Assembly (NCBI GenBank): GCA_054600435.1 | Contig: BAAIJX010000094.1 | Coordinates: 1 to 51,753, forward strand | DNA: 51,753 bases | Reading direction: 5' to 3' | DNA from: Neophaeotheca triangularis | Taxonomy: Eukaryota | Part shown: one piece after another, positions 35,122 to 46,811 of the stretch | Position numbering within the stretch: the stretch's first letter is position 1 | Layout: every line of letters begins with the position of its first letter | Made by a program: the position numbers and the translations under genes | The notes under the pieces: generated by a model | Databases searched by the model: none | Told to the model about the DNA's origin: nothing | Seen by the model: the letters and a program-made list of their open reading frames with translations, nothing else

Positions 35122-36683
35122 CTCATTGCTGCAAGTCTGCGTGGGTGGATTTGAGGTCGCCGTTGGGTTTGTTTCGATTAGCTAGCTGTAGGGATGGCGT
35201 CGGCCGCCTTGAGCTCATATGTCCGGATTGGGAATGGTCGGGAGTTGCGGGTGCCAAGACTTTTGGACTTCACCACTGTTCCATGGGAAGAAGGTTAATG
35301 GAAGCCGGCCGCGTATCGTCCTTGCGATATGTGCCTTAGCAGGGGTTGAACGATTAGCGACCGAAACACCCTGAAAAGGACGAAGACCTAGGATAAAATC
35401 TAGCTAGAGACGTCTAGATTGATACCTTTCCGCTCCCCCTTTTTCTACAGTAGGAAGCACACGGCGACATGAGGACGAAAAAAAAAAAACACAAACGTGA
35501 GTATAGCGACGCCGAACGAGCGATAAAATCCGAAGACAAGCGCGTGCAACTAATGGAGCAAGCCTTAAGTGTTCTCCATCTTTACACCGAGTAGATCGGT
35601 CAGACCAAAATCAACCACCGCAATCGAAGAGGAAAAAAAAACACCCAATTGTCGCCAGCAGATACAGGACCGGACATATCATCCATGCCGTTGAACGGAA
35701 GAGTCAAAACCTCACCCGACAGGCTACTGACGCCGTTGTCGAAGAGAGAGCAAAGGACCAGCTACCTGCATACTCCTTTCGCTATGGCAAAAAGAATACC
35801 CATCACCGCTCTCTGTTTTGCAAAAAGCGCTGGAGAAAACTTCGCCACAGTCACGAGGCGGCCTCGGAGTTCCTTGGTAGTATTCCATGACATTCGAGAG
35901 CTGGAGGAATCGAGAACTGGAGGAAACTATTACCGGGTTGGTAGAGGGCCCGTTTGATGATGGCTTGGGCGTGTATTTACAAGAGCGACATCGATGCACT
36001 AGAACTATACCCGGCATATCCTTCCGAGGGCCGGCTGTTGTCGAAAGGGCGGACAATGGATACAAAGATGGCTGGCCTGTGTTTTCTTGGGCCGCTGGGC
36101 TATGCAAGGGGAGCGGCCGTATTGGCGCTTCCTGTCGAGGGCCGCTAGGCGCTGCTGCGTTTTTTTTAATGGCCAGACGGATGACTGGGGAGTCTTGAAA
36201 AAGCTTTTTGCTTGCTTTGCTGGTACGCGTGTCTGATTCGCCTTTTGATTCGGAGAAGGGTGGTTACTTCCTATAGCCCTCGAGCAGAAAGCCTTGAATG
36301 AATGACTGGCTCTATATCAAAGCTGTTGCCCATCGATGCAGTTGGGAAAACAAGGATTAAAAAATCAGTCGAACTGACTTTGAGATCGAAAGAGAACATG
36401 AGGTGTGTACATTCTGTTTGCAAAGCTACCGCTCCAAAGGGTATACTACTGATTCCCCACAGCTCCGAGGACGCAACCGACCGACGAGAGCAGCCTCCAT
36501 CCGTCGCCTATAGACAGCACGTCCACAAACCCGCAATTGACCAACCACGAGCCATTGTGCTGGCGGTAAACAGCACGCCCACAGCTCCAAGACCTCCCAA
36601 CACCGACGCCTAGCTAAACCGACGAAGTTCCATTTCCGCAGGTAAACAACACTTAGCCCCCCATCCCCCGCTATGCTACCAGC

Positions 36684-39038
36684 TCAACGCCCACCCTTGA
36701 TACCACCACGAATGAACTCCCCCACAAGCTGATCTGCCGCCAAATCCTCCTCACCCTCGCTACTGCCATCCAGCCCTCCGAGCGCCATCTTTTTCCTCTC
36801 AGGCGACTCATCCAAAACCATAGCTCCACCCTCCCCGCGACTACGCTTACTACCAGCACTACTGGCAGAAGAAGCGCGTCCTCCATCACCATCACCATCA
36901 CCATCTTTCTCCTCCTCCTCCTCCTCCCCCCCACCACCCTTAGCACTAGCCCCCAAACTCAAAGCAACCATGCCACTCCCCCCACCGGCATTCCGAGCCC
37001 GAGCAATAACCTCACTCTCCCGCCTCCTGGCCTCCACCTCCCTCTGCCGCTCCAACTTCTCCCTAGCCCCCTGATCCCCCTCCAAAACCCTCAGCGCATC
37101 GCGCCAAGTCTCCAACCGCGGCAACGAACGCCTGGCGTCCTGCCCACCGACAGCTTTGCCGTTGACTTCCCACAGATCGAGAGCGTCGATGCGCGTGTTG
37201 GCCCAGTACCAGGATTTGCCTGCTTGGCGGAGAATGCGGGTGTCGGTTTCGGTGGCGAAGGAGCGAGCGGTGCGGAGGCCGTCGAGGGGCCGGGTGAGAG
37301 GGGCCGAGGGGTTGGAAGTGTTGGAGGGGACGGCGTTGACGGCTTGGAATCCCGAGGTTGAGGGCCGGGAGGTGGCCGGAGTGAACCAGGAATTTGTTGC
37401 TGCCGGTTCGAGGACGCGGGACAGGATGCGGGTGAAGGGGACTTCGAGGCGGGAGGTTGGGGAATTGGGGTCGCTGACTGGGTAGAAGGGGCCGTAGGTT
37501 TCGAAGGGTTGCGGGAAGCGGGGGTCTTTTGATGGATCGATGGGGAGTTTGGCTAGGTTGAAGGCGCGGGCTGCTGAGGTGGTGTACGCGCGGCCGCAGA
37601 TGTGGAGGGCGTGTTTGAGTGGGGTCGTGGTATAGTTATTGTCGTATCCCTCTTCGAGGTCGATGTATTTGAGACGGATGGAGGTAATTTTCATAATATC
37701 TGTGACAATGTCGCCATCTTGTTCGCTGTACAATGGCTCGACGAGGACGGTATCGCCGACTAGGAAAAGCTCGGCGCCTATATACACGCCTTCGTAGAAC
37801 ATGTCGGCGTCCGGCCAGGTGCCGAAGAATTTGTACTTGCCTACGAGGGAGAAGGAGGTGGATGATCTGAGAGCGTTCTGCACGGTAGGGCGAACGACCT
37901 CGGGGTTCTTCACGAGATCTTGTAGTTGGACGTTTGGAAAGCAGTATTGCCAGTACGAGAGAGGCCGAATCGCATGAAGCATAACAAACTTGTACTGTGT
38001 TTGAAAGGCTTTTTGGTTGAGATTAGCAGGGTCCGATAGCAACTCGATGCGGAAGCCATGGTAGTTGACTGCTGTTTTCTTGCCTGGATCGACGGTTTTG
38101 AGATCGAGCTCGGTGATAGATTCCGTCGGAAGTTGAGTGACTACTCCTGCTTGCCAGTTCGGCTTGCTTAGTTCCCCCTGCTCATCGCTTACATACCACG
38201 TCTCATTCTGCCATAGGAGCGTCGAAGTCTGCTTCAAGCTAGGCACGAAGAGAACAATCTCCCCCAATCTTGGCACCCAATTCGGTAGCTTTTTCTGAGC
38301 CTTCAGACTCTGTAGCAAATTCTTATAGCCCACAGCTCGGTCCGGTGAAAGTGGCTCCTCGACGCGCTCGTTAAGCTCGGCGATAGGACCATTTGCAGCG
38401 TTCTTCAACTTCTCGATCAGCTGACGGGCCACATCTGGCGTGCCTTCGTCATCCACAGCTGGCCCCTCCCTGTCCTTCTCGGATAGTGGCAATGTCGCAG
38501 GAGCAAAGTTGCCACCAGCCCATTGCTCACTCTGCACCTTCGCCGGCAACCCATTCAGTCTCAAACCACCAGCCGTAGTAGCATCCGTAGTCGCAGCGAG
38601 AGTCCCAGCCGCGGAACTCCCACGCGCACTACCCCCAACACCAGTCTCACTCTTCCTCTTCTTCGCGGACGCCGGCTGACAAAGACGGCACTCACACCCC
38701 ACACTCCCACCTTGCTCGACCAGCGCCAAGAAATGCGGCCAAAACTCCGCCAAACTGCGAAACTGCCGTCCACTAGGATGCCCATAAGTGTAGCGATCCA
38801 CGTGCTTGGAATCGCCTCCGCCTCCACCTCGACGTTTCTCGAAACCCGCGTAGCCGGTGGGGAGACTGCTGAGGCGGGTGTTGGCGGCGGTGGCTTTGTC
38901 GGCGCCGCGGTGTTTGGCCCATTCGCGGCCGAGGGCGGCGAGGAAGTAGTCGTCGTTGCGGATGTAGCCGGTTGTTGGCCAGGAGGAAGTGTCGCCGTCG
39001 GAGCCGCCGGTAAGGCTGAGGGTGTGGATTGTAGCCAT
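36684..39038 (-). CDS. clr2: Cryptic loci regulator 2-like heterochromatin silencing protein
   Basis: SDGD near the N-terminus, LSSLPTGY, DRYTYGHPSG..FRSLAEFWPHF, CECRLC, PRLGEIVLF, WQAGVVTQ, BAH-like YEGVYIGAELFLVGDTV. ATG at 39038. Confidence 0.85.
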   Translation of the reverse strand: MATIHTLSLTGGSDGDTSSWPTTGYIRNDDYFLAALGREWAKHRGADKATAANTRLSSLPTGYAGFEKRRGGGGGDSKHVDRYTYGHPSGRQFRSLAEFWPHFLALVEQGGSVGCECRLCQPASAKKRKSETGVGGSARGSSAAGTLAATTDATTAGGLRLNGLPAKVQSEQWAGGNFAPATLPLSEKDREGPAVDDEGTPDVARQLIEKLKNAANGPIAELNERVEEPLSPDRAVGYKNLLQSLKAQKKLPNWVPRLGEIVLFVPSLKQTSTLLWQNETWYVSDEQGELSKPNWQAGVVTQLPTESITELDLKTVDPGKKTAVNYHGFRIELLSDPANLNQKAFQTQYKFVMLHAIRPLSYWQYCFPNVQLQDLVKNPEVVRPTVQNALRSSTSFSLVGKYKFFGTWPDADMFYEGVYIGAELFLVGDTVLVEPLYSEQDGDIVTDIMKITSIRLKYIDLEEGYDNNYTTTPLKHALHICGRAYTTSAARAFNLAKLPIDPSKDPRFPQPFETYGPFYPVSDPNSPTSRLEVPFTRILSRVLEPAATNSWFTPATSRPSTSGFQAVNAVPSNTSNPSAPLTRPLDGLRTARSFATETDTRILRQAGKSWYWANTRIDALDLWEVNGKAVGGQDARRSLPRLETWRDALRVLEGDQGAREKLERQREVEARRRESEVIARARNAGGGSGMVALSLGASAKGGGGEEEEEEKDGDGDGDGGRASSASSAGSKRSRGEGGAMVLDESPERKKMALGGLDGSSEGEEDLAADQLVGEFIRGGIKGGR

Positions 39039-39831
39039 AGTGGAGGGAGAAGTCCGGTAAATAGACCAAGTCCACAGCAAGACTATCCACCCGTCAAAGC
39101 AGTGGAGATCAAAATCCCCAATATTCGCACGCCAGAGACAATCTAATTGTGAAGAACCCCAAGTTTCCAAGGGGAAGAGGAAACCAAAGCTGTTAGAGGT
39201 GAAGTGAAAGCACAAAGACAATGGCAGGAAGTGTCGTGAACAACTCTCCGCACTACTCCGAGTATGAGGTGAAGTCGAAATCGAGACTGAACTCAATCAA
39301 AATTGGTTTCGCATAGTAGCCCGATTTGAAGGTAAAGTCAAAGTGATGGATGGTTCACCAAAGAAGCAAAGCGACGCGGGCGGCGGTTGATACAGTAACG
39401 ACGCGCCGGTTCGCGTGCTTATATATACTGTAGAGGTATCGTTTTAAAAATGGTCTGTGCGTATCGATAACATGTAGACGTCTCGACCTCTCCCAGTCTT
39501 CGGGTCGATAAAGTACCTCCTACAACTTTGGGAGGGAAGATGGAAGGTGTAAAGACAAGTGAAGAGCATGCATGTAGTGGCGGTCAAGTGGAAAGATAAG
39601 AGACTACTCTATGTACAAGACGCCCTTCCCCACGGGTCAGCTCTGCGAGCAACCCTACCTAACCGTGTCCTGCCACTTCCCTTCCACGAACGAACCCAGC
39701 ACACCACAACACCAAACAAACGCCCAGCAAAAACGCTCCACGAGTTACCCAACCCAGCAGTAAAACTACCGCCCTTCCACTCCCCTCCGACTCGACTCCA
39801 CCATCATCCCCAACAAACAAAAACTCAAGCC

Positions 39832-41886
39832 CTACCACCTCCGTCCCAAATCCCCAACATCGCCCCTAACCCCCACCAAACCCCCAGCCCCACCCTTCGC
39901 CCCCGCCATCCCAAGAAGCGTGTCAGTCTGCGCAGCGACAACTTCCAGTGCCGCGGCCGCCGGCTCGCCCAAACTCATGAGGATAACGCCATTGACTTGT
40001 TCCCCCAGAAGAGCTCGGCCGTCCGTGCTGAGCAAGCCGGCCAAAGGCGAAGTGTAAGGGTCGCGATAGGCAATGAGGGCGAAGAGTTGACGGAGAGAAG
40101 CGGTTTCGCTTTTAGCATTGGGGTGGTCGGGAGCGGCGAAGTCGGTCTCGAGGCTGCGCCCGTAGGTTAGGGTTGCTGTTAGGTATGATTGCGGAGAGGA
40201 CATCGTGTTTGGTTTGACGAGCGAGGGGTGTGATGTCTGCATTGCGTCTTGCTCATCGTTGGCTTCCGAGGTTGGGGTAGTGACTTCGCGGTGCAATTGG
40301 TCGTCGATGTCCATTTGCTGGTCGCTGTCTTGGTCGCCGTCGGCTGTAGCACTGATATCGTGCTCTGGGGCTGGGTTCTGGTGACCATTGGGTGAAGCAG
40401 CTTGTTGCCCCGCCACCATTTCCGTATATGTGCGCATCATCTCGATGAACTTTCGGCAGCGGAGTTTGAAGTAGACTTCCCTGTTGCAGTCTTCTTCGAG
40501 CACGTTGGGGTAATACGACGTCGTATACTTGAGCGCCTTATCGATATCACCATCGAGGATCGCTCTGCGGATCTTCTGCCTGTTAATAGCGTGCACGTCG
40601 TCCTCGTCGCGGACCTTGATAGCCGGAGGGGGGTTCTGGCCGGGATTACGGGGCAAGTTAAGACTCCTCTTCTCTAAATCGTCGGTGAAAGCTCGCGCAG
40701 TCCCCACATATCCTTCATGTACGAGGTACTGGCCCACAAGCTTCTGAATGAGACTGGCTTTGTCGTCAGGTGGATGTAGCGAGCTGATTTCCTCTTTCTT
40801 CATCATGGCAAAAACCTTCTTCCGCTCTTCCGCCATGTACCCGTCGATATCAAAAACAAACGGCAGCTTTCCAAAATTGGCGCGAAGATGCTCGCCAGGT
40901 TTCTTCATGCCCACAGACGGATACAGCTTGTCTGTCTTGATGCCAGTGAACGCTGTACCCAAGTCTTTACCGTTCTTAGTGAAGAAGGCATTGCCAGTGC
41001 GGTAGTTGATGCCGCAGCCCACAACATCCAGCGAACCGTACTTGGGTCCATAAGCCTTGCCGGATGCATGACAAGCAAAGCTGAAGCCGTCGTCGCCGTG
41101 GTACGCCCAAGATTCCTGCTCCCAGCCGGGAAGACGATTCAGGGAGACTTTACTGGTAGAAAAGCCGATGCCTATCAGTCCATCGCGGCCTTTGCTGAGG
41201 ACTGTGATTTCGAAGTAGTAGAGGCCGCATTCTCTTGGCATAGGATTGTCGGTTCGAACAGCAGCTGCCTCATCACTAGTGCGGGTGGTGCCGTTGAAAC
41301 GTATCTCTGTGCCGTCGCCGAGGATGTCAAGGCCTGATTGCTTGTCGTTGCTGTTCCAGCGCGTAGGAAGGGGATGAGCTCTGCCTGACTCGCTCGTGGG
41401 CGACAAGCGCTCAATAACAGCGTGGGTTACTTTCCGGTGAGCGTAGCTAGGACCCATCTCCTTGACAAAATTCGTCGTGCTTGATGTCCTGGAGATGGAC
41501 TGCGAGGATTGCTGCTGGGCATCAAGCCGGGCGGATTCCTGCAGCTCCCGAACGTGCTCCATGTATCTCTCCTTGAGCTGTCGCACGTGCGAGGAGTACC
41601 TGAGGTATGATGGTGTAAAGAATGGAGGATGATCGTCGTGGTCCCCACACCCCAGTCTGTCCACGTACCTTCCCAGCTCACTCGACCACTTGCGCCCAAA
41701 AGCACTCGTATCCGCATCCATCCTCCCATCAATATCCATCTCCCCAGACGTATGTTCTGACAATCCCTCTGGGCCAGCAGACCTAGCAGTACCCGCAGCA
41801 ACTGTCGCATAAGAAGGTCTCCTCATACTGCTCCTCCTCGCATTCCCAGCACCACCGTACCCAGCACCCGGATACGGCCCACTCAT
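39832..41886 (-). CDS. RanBPM/RanBP10 (GID1/Vid30-type) SPRY-LisH-CTLH-CRA protein; probably extended N-terminally (see findings)
   Basis: SPRY (YYFEITV, RLPGWEQESWAYHGDDG, DVVGCG, FFTKNG), LisH (LVGQYLVHEGY..TARAF), CTLH (RQKIRRAILDGDIDKAL, FKLRCRKFIEM), CRA (FALIAY.DP). Confidence 0.88.
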   Translation of the reverse strand: MSGPYPGAGYGGAGNARRSSMRRPSYATVAAGTARSAGPEGLSEHTSGEMDIDGRMDADTSAFGRKWSSELGRYVDRLGCGDHDDHPPFFTPSYLRYSSHVRQLKERYMEHVRELQESARLDAQQQSSQSISRTSSTTNFVKEMGPSYAHRKVTHAVIERLSPTSESGRAHPLPTRWNSNDKQSGLDILGDGTEIRFNGTTRTSDEAAAVRTDNPMPRECGLYYFEITVLSKGRDGLIGIGFSTSKVSLNRLPGWEQESWAYHGDDGFSFACHASGKAYGPKYGSLDVVGCGINYRTGNAFFTKNGKDLGTAFTGIKTDKLYPSVGMKKPGEHLRANFGKLPFVFDIDGYMAEERKKVFAMMKKEEISSLHPPDDKASLIQKLVGQYLVHEGYVGTARAFTDDLEKRSLNLPRNPGQNPPPAIKVRDEDDVHAINRQKIRRAILDGDIDKALKYTTSYYPNVLEEDCNREVYFKLRCRKFIEMMRTYTEMVAGQQAASPNGHQNPAPEHDISATADGDQDSDQQMDIDDQLHREVTTPTSEANDEQDAMQTSHPSLVKPNTMSSPQSYLTATLTYGRSLETDFAAPDHPNAKSETASLRQLFALIAYRDPYTSPLAGLLSTDGRALLGEQVNGVILMSLGEPAAAALEVVAAQTDTLLGMAGAKGGAGGLVGVRGDVGDLGRRW

Positions 41887-43199
41887 CCTGAATACCAAAG
41901 CACCCGAAGACGCCCTAACGAGATCACCCTTCCTCTCAGCAAGCAAAATTCTCAACCCGAACACGACGTCCTTGAAATTCCCGGGCGTCAGGAGGAATAT
42001 CTTCCGCGGCAGAACAACAGGCCTCACTTCGACTTCGTACGAATCCGTCACCAGTTTCTGCACAAAGTATTTTTCTGGGTACGTAGACCCGTCGCCTAAA
42101 ATTTGCTGAAAGTCGACAAAGAACTGCGAGTCTGGGGCGAAGACAAGAGCGTGCAATATCGCGTGCGCGGCGAGGTCGGAGCAGACGGGCTCGAGGTAGC
42201 TATCAGCAACTTTGTCGCTTCCGGTGATGATCAGCCAGGTGTAGCTGGATGCCGGGTAGGAGCCGTCTGGCTCAAGTCTGAGAGTGGGGTCCGATTTGTA
42301 GAACTCGGCGAGTAGCTTGACGGCGTAAGTGGCTTCGGGGATGTGGCTGGCCGGGTAGAGATGTGATGGGTATGCAAAGTATGTGTGCCCGCTATTTATC
42401 AACACCAAGGCACCGCTGGGGTCAGTTTGGAGGCTTTGGTAGTAGGAGGAAAGGTGATGTGGGAAGTGCGTGTCTTGCTCAGCGCAGCCACTTGAGGTTG
42501 AGTGGACTGGACTGGACGGTTAAGTATAGTTACCGTTGCTGCTGAGCGGACGTGGGTCTGGTGGGAGTTGACATGGCGGCGAGCAGTTGATGGTGCGTTG
42601 GCAGTGTGTGTCTGTCGAGAACAGAGGAGAGGCGGGAAGATTGGAAGGATGCAAGTGAAGCAAGACGGCCATATGACGAGAGGCTCAAGGTGCAGGTGAG
42701 CTCGGGCAAGCCACGCTAGGTACCTAGGTAGTGGGCGATAAGGCCTGATAAGACGTGCGTGCAGGTGGTCTGTGGGGAGACCTCCAGCTCTTTTAGTATG
42801 GCCCAGGCTCCTCCAACATCGTATAATGAACAGCGTACTATCAGTATATCGCGGCACGGCAACAGGACTCTTTCAAGTCTGTTACCTTAGAGCCTCGTGG
42901 ACCGTTTTGCAGTAGCCAACCTAGCCCACCCTCCTCTGCCAGTGGAGACATTGCATCTATCTATCCTCGACCCCTGCAAGCCAAAGGGATATACATTTCT
43001 CGCAGCCTGCTAGAGGCGCGATCCTTTGCGCTTCAGGGAAGAAGTCGACTGATGTCCCTGACCCTTCCAAACTTTAGCCAGCGGCCGCAAAACCGGGATT
43101 TAAGCACACCAGCTTTACTAGAGCCTTTCACGTAGCACTTCTAACCGGGGTATCATCCAAACAATATAAACTTCTAGCCATCGAACTGCCTCCAGACTC

Positions 43200-45791
43200 T
43201 CACCCTCTCCCGCCCTTTCTTAGATCTCCAGCCTTCCTAGGCGTAGCGCCCCGACTCTCAACTTCCAAACCCGTCGCGCGCATCTCCGGCGTCGCAGGCC
43301 CGGACCTCACCACGCCCTGACTCAGAGCCTCGTCCGCACTGTCCTCCTCACTATCATCCTCACTGTAACTCTCGACCTCATACCCGTCATCCTCATCGTC
43401 TTCCTCGCCCTCGAGCAAGTCCCTCGCCTCTTCCCTTTCTCTCCTCTCCCCTTCCCGCTCCAACTCCAGACTCCTTAGCAAGCTCCCCTCCAAACTTCCC
43501 CTGCCATCGCCACTCCCAGCCCGGCCCTGCCCACTAACGGCACTTAGGTAACTCTCCGCCATCTCCTCCTCTCCGCCCTCATCCTCACTGAGCACAGTCT
43601 CGCGCGTCAAAGTCGTCAACTGCGTATCCACCCTCTTCAACTCCGGTCTCCCACTAGCCTTGCCCCGCCAGCCCTTCGTAACAGCTTCCTCGGGCCTGTC
43701 TTCTTCGTCCTCGCTATCCGTGAAATCCACTTCCTCAGGCCGCTCACGCCAGTAGTTGAAATCTGTAAACTCCTCGCCACCACCTTTGACCAACAAGCCC
43801 ACGGGCGGGAAGTAATGATCGACGATCTCGCGCATTGAGGCGTAGCCAGTTTTGTACTTGTTCAGTGAGAGCAAGTCGAGGCTGACTTCGGAATTAGAAT
43901 TGATAGTGAAGATGCGCGTGCTAGGAATGTTGACACTGCGGTAACTGAGAGCGTCGGTCAAGCGATTGCCGAAGCCGGCGTAAAAGGGGCTGCCGCCGCG
44001 GCCGCGACCGGTCCCGAGACCGCCCGGAAGGGGTGTTTGGTGGTAGACGTCGGCGTGGGTATCTTCGGCGCCGCCATGCCCGGAAAATAAGGCCATGATG
44101 TCACGGAGGCAGGCCATTTTGAATATTTCCGGCTTGCGGAGGTAGACTTCGCGGCGGAGGGCGGCGATTGTACGGTCAGGCGAGAGGATTACAGGGCCTT
44201 TGGGGAGGCGAAAGCCGTTTTCTTGGGTCACGTTTTCGAGATAGGCGCGCGTTGTGTCGGCTTGGCCCACGGAGCGCGAGGTTAGATAGAGAAGATTGTA
44301 GCCGTTTGATGCGATGTCGGTATAGAGTTTGGCGACGCCTTGATGGGTCCAGTCACGGCCGAGTGTGTTAAGGACGTGGCCCAGGACGTCGGATTTTGTT
44401 ATTGTGCCGTCAATGTCGCTGATGACGATGGGCACGTCGTGGCGCCAGTACCAGAGGTGAGCTGTGCAGGTCGCGCGATTGACCGTGAAGGACATGGTGT
44501 TGGCGCCTGGTTTGAGGTCCATGCTTTGTAGTTGGTCTGAGGTTAGTCGAAGGGTTTTGGCGTAGTTTCTGTTTGGGTCACCCATGGATGGTTGAGGGTT
44601 GGAATCGGTAGGAGAGGAAGGTTGGGAGGGGAGGCCGACTGCACTGTCAGAGTCGCGGCGATAGTGAGAACCAGTCGGCCCTGCTGCTTCGCTGCGGGTG
44701 TCGTCTGAATGGTACCCGGGATCGGAAATAGCATCTGTGGAGGCATAGGCGGCAGGGTTGAAACTGCCCATGGCTTGTGCTGCTTTTCGACCGGCTGCGT
44801 CTTTGGATTCTTCAGAGCTGTAAATCCACAAGTTACCCTTTTCGTCTGCGCCAATGAGCGCTCCAATATCGTAGGGTCCATCAATCTCCTCTGACAAGAT
44901 CTTACGTGCGATGACTTCAGCACGAAGAGCTTCATCGTCGCTGGACTTATAGCTGGTCATATCGAGCATGAGGTCGCCATCATCTGTGACTTGGGTGGGA
45001 ATGTTGGATGTCCACAGTTTCTTGGACAGGTTGATGGCTCGAGTGACTGCCTCGCTCTTCTCAAGCGGAGGTGGGCTTGCAGATCGGTCCGTATTGGTGC
45101 GTAGAGAGGATGGCCGTTCCTGCGCTGTTGAAGGAAACGGTTCGCTACCCTCAAAAGACTTGTTGAGCGCGGCCTTTACAGCCGGTAGTTCATCGTCGGT
45201 GGCTGCCCTGCCCAACTGTGGCATCTTTGCAGCTGGCCCATGGCTCGGTATGACATGCTTCTCCGGGTCTGACGGGGCGCTAGACATGGGAGCAAGCTTC
45301 CCGCCGATATCACTCTGTGCTTTACGTCCCTCTCCAGCGGCATGCAGAATGTCTGGGCTACTTTTCGACTTGTCCCTGCCATGCGATCCGTCTCCTCCTG
45401 AGCCGTCCAGTTCGAAGGGATCCGGCTCTTGCAGTGTCGGACGATCCGGTTCACTCGGATGAAGCCCCGGGCTCGTAGCAGGGCTGACCAGTGGGCTTGT
45501 CTGTAATGCCTCGGGTACATTCTCTTGTGTCTCAAAAACGAAAAAGGCCTCCCCTCCCTCTGCCAACTTCATGGGAAAGTGCTGTTTGACTCCATTGACC
45601 TTGAACTCCACCTTCTTCTCGTACGGCCGGAGTAATGAGAACTTGCCGAAGCGTATATGGAAGGGTGAGCATGCCAAAGACCCGTCTTCTTGTTCCACTA
45701 CTATGACATCGATTGCGCCAGAGAGAGTAGCCGGATTGATGCTGTTCCATGTCCGCGACACGGAGCCGCCGAGGTTGCGAACGTACTGCAT
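43200..45791 (-). CDS. PAH1: Lipin phosphatidate phosphatase (Pah1/Ned1)
   Basis: N-LIP (INPATLSGAIDVIVV..CSPFHIRFGKF), HAD motif SDIDGTITKSD, YLTSR, FYAGFGNRLTD, FNYWR. Confidence 0.96.
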   Translation of the reverse strand: MQYVRNLGGSVSRTWNSINPATLSGAIDVIVVEQEDGSLACSPFHIRFGKFSLLRPYEKKVEFKVNGVKQHFPMKLAEGGEAFFVFETQENVPEALQTSPLVSPATSPGLHPSEPDRPTLQEPDPFELDGSGGDGSHGRDKSKSSPDILHAAGEGRKAQSDIGGKLAPMSSAPSDPEKHVIPSHGPAAKMPQLGRAATDDELPAVKAALNKSFEGSEPFPSTAQERPSSLRTNTDRSASPPPLEKSEAVTRAINLSKKLWTSNIPTQVTDDGDLMLDMTSYKSSDDEALRAEVIARKILSEEIDGPYDIGALIGADEKGNLWIYSSEESKDAAGRKAAQAMGSFNPAAYASTDAISDPGYHSDDTRSEAAGPTGSHYRRDSDSAVGLPSQPSSPTDSNPQPSMGDPNRNYAKTLRLTSDQLQSMDLKPGANTMSFTVNRATCTAHLWYWRHDVPIVISDIDGTITKSDVLGHVLNTLGRDWTHQGVAKLYTDIASNGYNLLYLTSRSVGQADTTRAYLENVTQENGFRLPKGPVILSPDRTIAALRREVYLRKPEIFKMACLRDIMALFSGHGGAEDTHADVYHQTPLPGGLGTGRGRGGSPFYAGFGNRLTDALSYRSVNIPSTRIFTINSNSEVSLDLLSLNKYKTGYASMREIVDHYFPPVGLLVKGGGEEFTDFNYWRERPEEVDFTDSEDEEDRPEEAVTKGWRGKASGRPELKRVDTQLTTLTRETVLSEDEGGEEEMAESYLSAVSGQGRAGSGDGRGSLEGSLLRSLELEREGERREREEARDLLEGEEDDEDDGYEVESYSEDDSEEDSADEALSQGVVRSGPATPEMRATGLEVESRGATPRKAGDLRKGGRG

Positions 45792-46811
45792 TGTACAAGG
45801 ATATCGAGGTGCCGACTACCTAGGTAGATTCGAAGAGGATGTGGTGTGAGGTAGCAGCAGAATCTGCGTTTTGGAGCTGCTTAGTCTATCACAAGGTCAG
45901 GCCCCCAACATGCGACCCGGTCTCGTGAGTTGCGTAAGAATGACAAGGCTGAAACGCTAGAGATGGAACATGCAAGACGGCGAGCTGTAGAAGAGATGGT
46001 GCCAGATTAGGAAGGCATGTCTAGACCAGATGGAAGCGTTGAGGATGCACACTGCACAGCGACGACGAGGAGGAGAAAAGGAGTTGAAGAAGAGCTTCTG
46101 GGCACCGCAAGCTTGGGGCTTGAGTGTTGAGTCTTGAGTCTTGAGAGTAGTAGACTGCCCAGGTGCCTAATAAGTTAGGGTGGATGGGGATGCAGCTTGT
46201 TTCATGCGGGATGATGCCTCCCGGCCAAGCTTCCTGTCTACTACAGTAAGGTAGGTAAGTTACCTAGGCATTACCTACTGTACCTATTCGGGCTATATAC
46301 ACAGGTGTATAGGTACCTAATCTAGGTAAGGTATCCAGGCTTTTCTTCGGCTCGTTCCCGGTAGACGCCGACGTGTGTAACGCGGGGAGAGTCACGGTCG
46401 CTCCCGCCGCTACTTTCAAGAATGATTCGGTCAAGTTGCCCAGATTTCGACTTCAAAGCTCTTCGTTTCTGTACTTGTAAGTCTTCTTACTCCGATCAAA
46501 CTCATTCCATCCATACCAACATCTGAATCGCTACCACGAATCCATACCGCCAAACATCAATGCGATTGTACTTTCTTGATCCTCGTCATGGGGAGCGTAT
46601 AGCGCAGCATCCCCACTAAATTACAGACCCGCGCGCAGTAGGCTGTTTCTCGCCATTTCGGAGTAGGAACATTGAAACAGCTGCTTGAGAGATCCCAAGT
46701 CTCTCGACAGGAAAGCTGCGGGAAAGGCTGAGCAAGCCTATTGTGCCGACTGCCTAGATACGGTACGGGAGGCAAGGGTGCACTCCGCCTCGGGAACTTC
46801 GCTGTCCCATC

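Noticed and set aside
35649..36613. Short ORFs between CMC1 and clr2
   Set aside because: No recognisable motif, convincing splice model or codon bias; a non-coding transcript cannot be excluded.
39039..39296. TTG-initiated 86-codon extension of clr2
   Set aside because: Not coding-like, contains an out-of-frame ATG, and the Clr2 similarity starts at ATG 39038.
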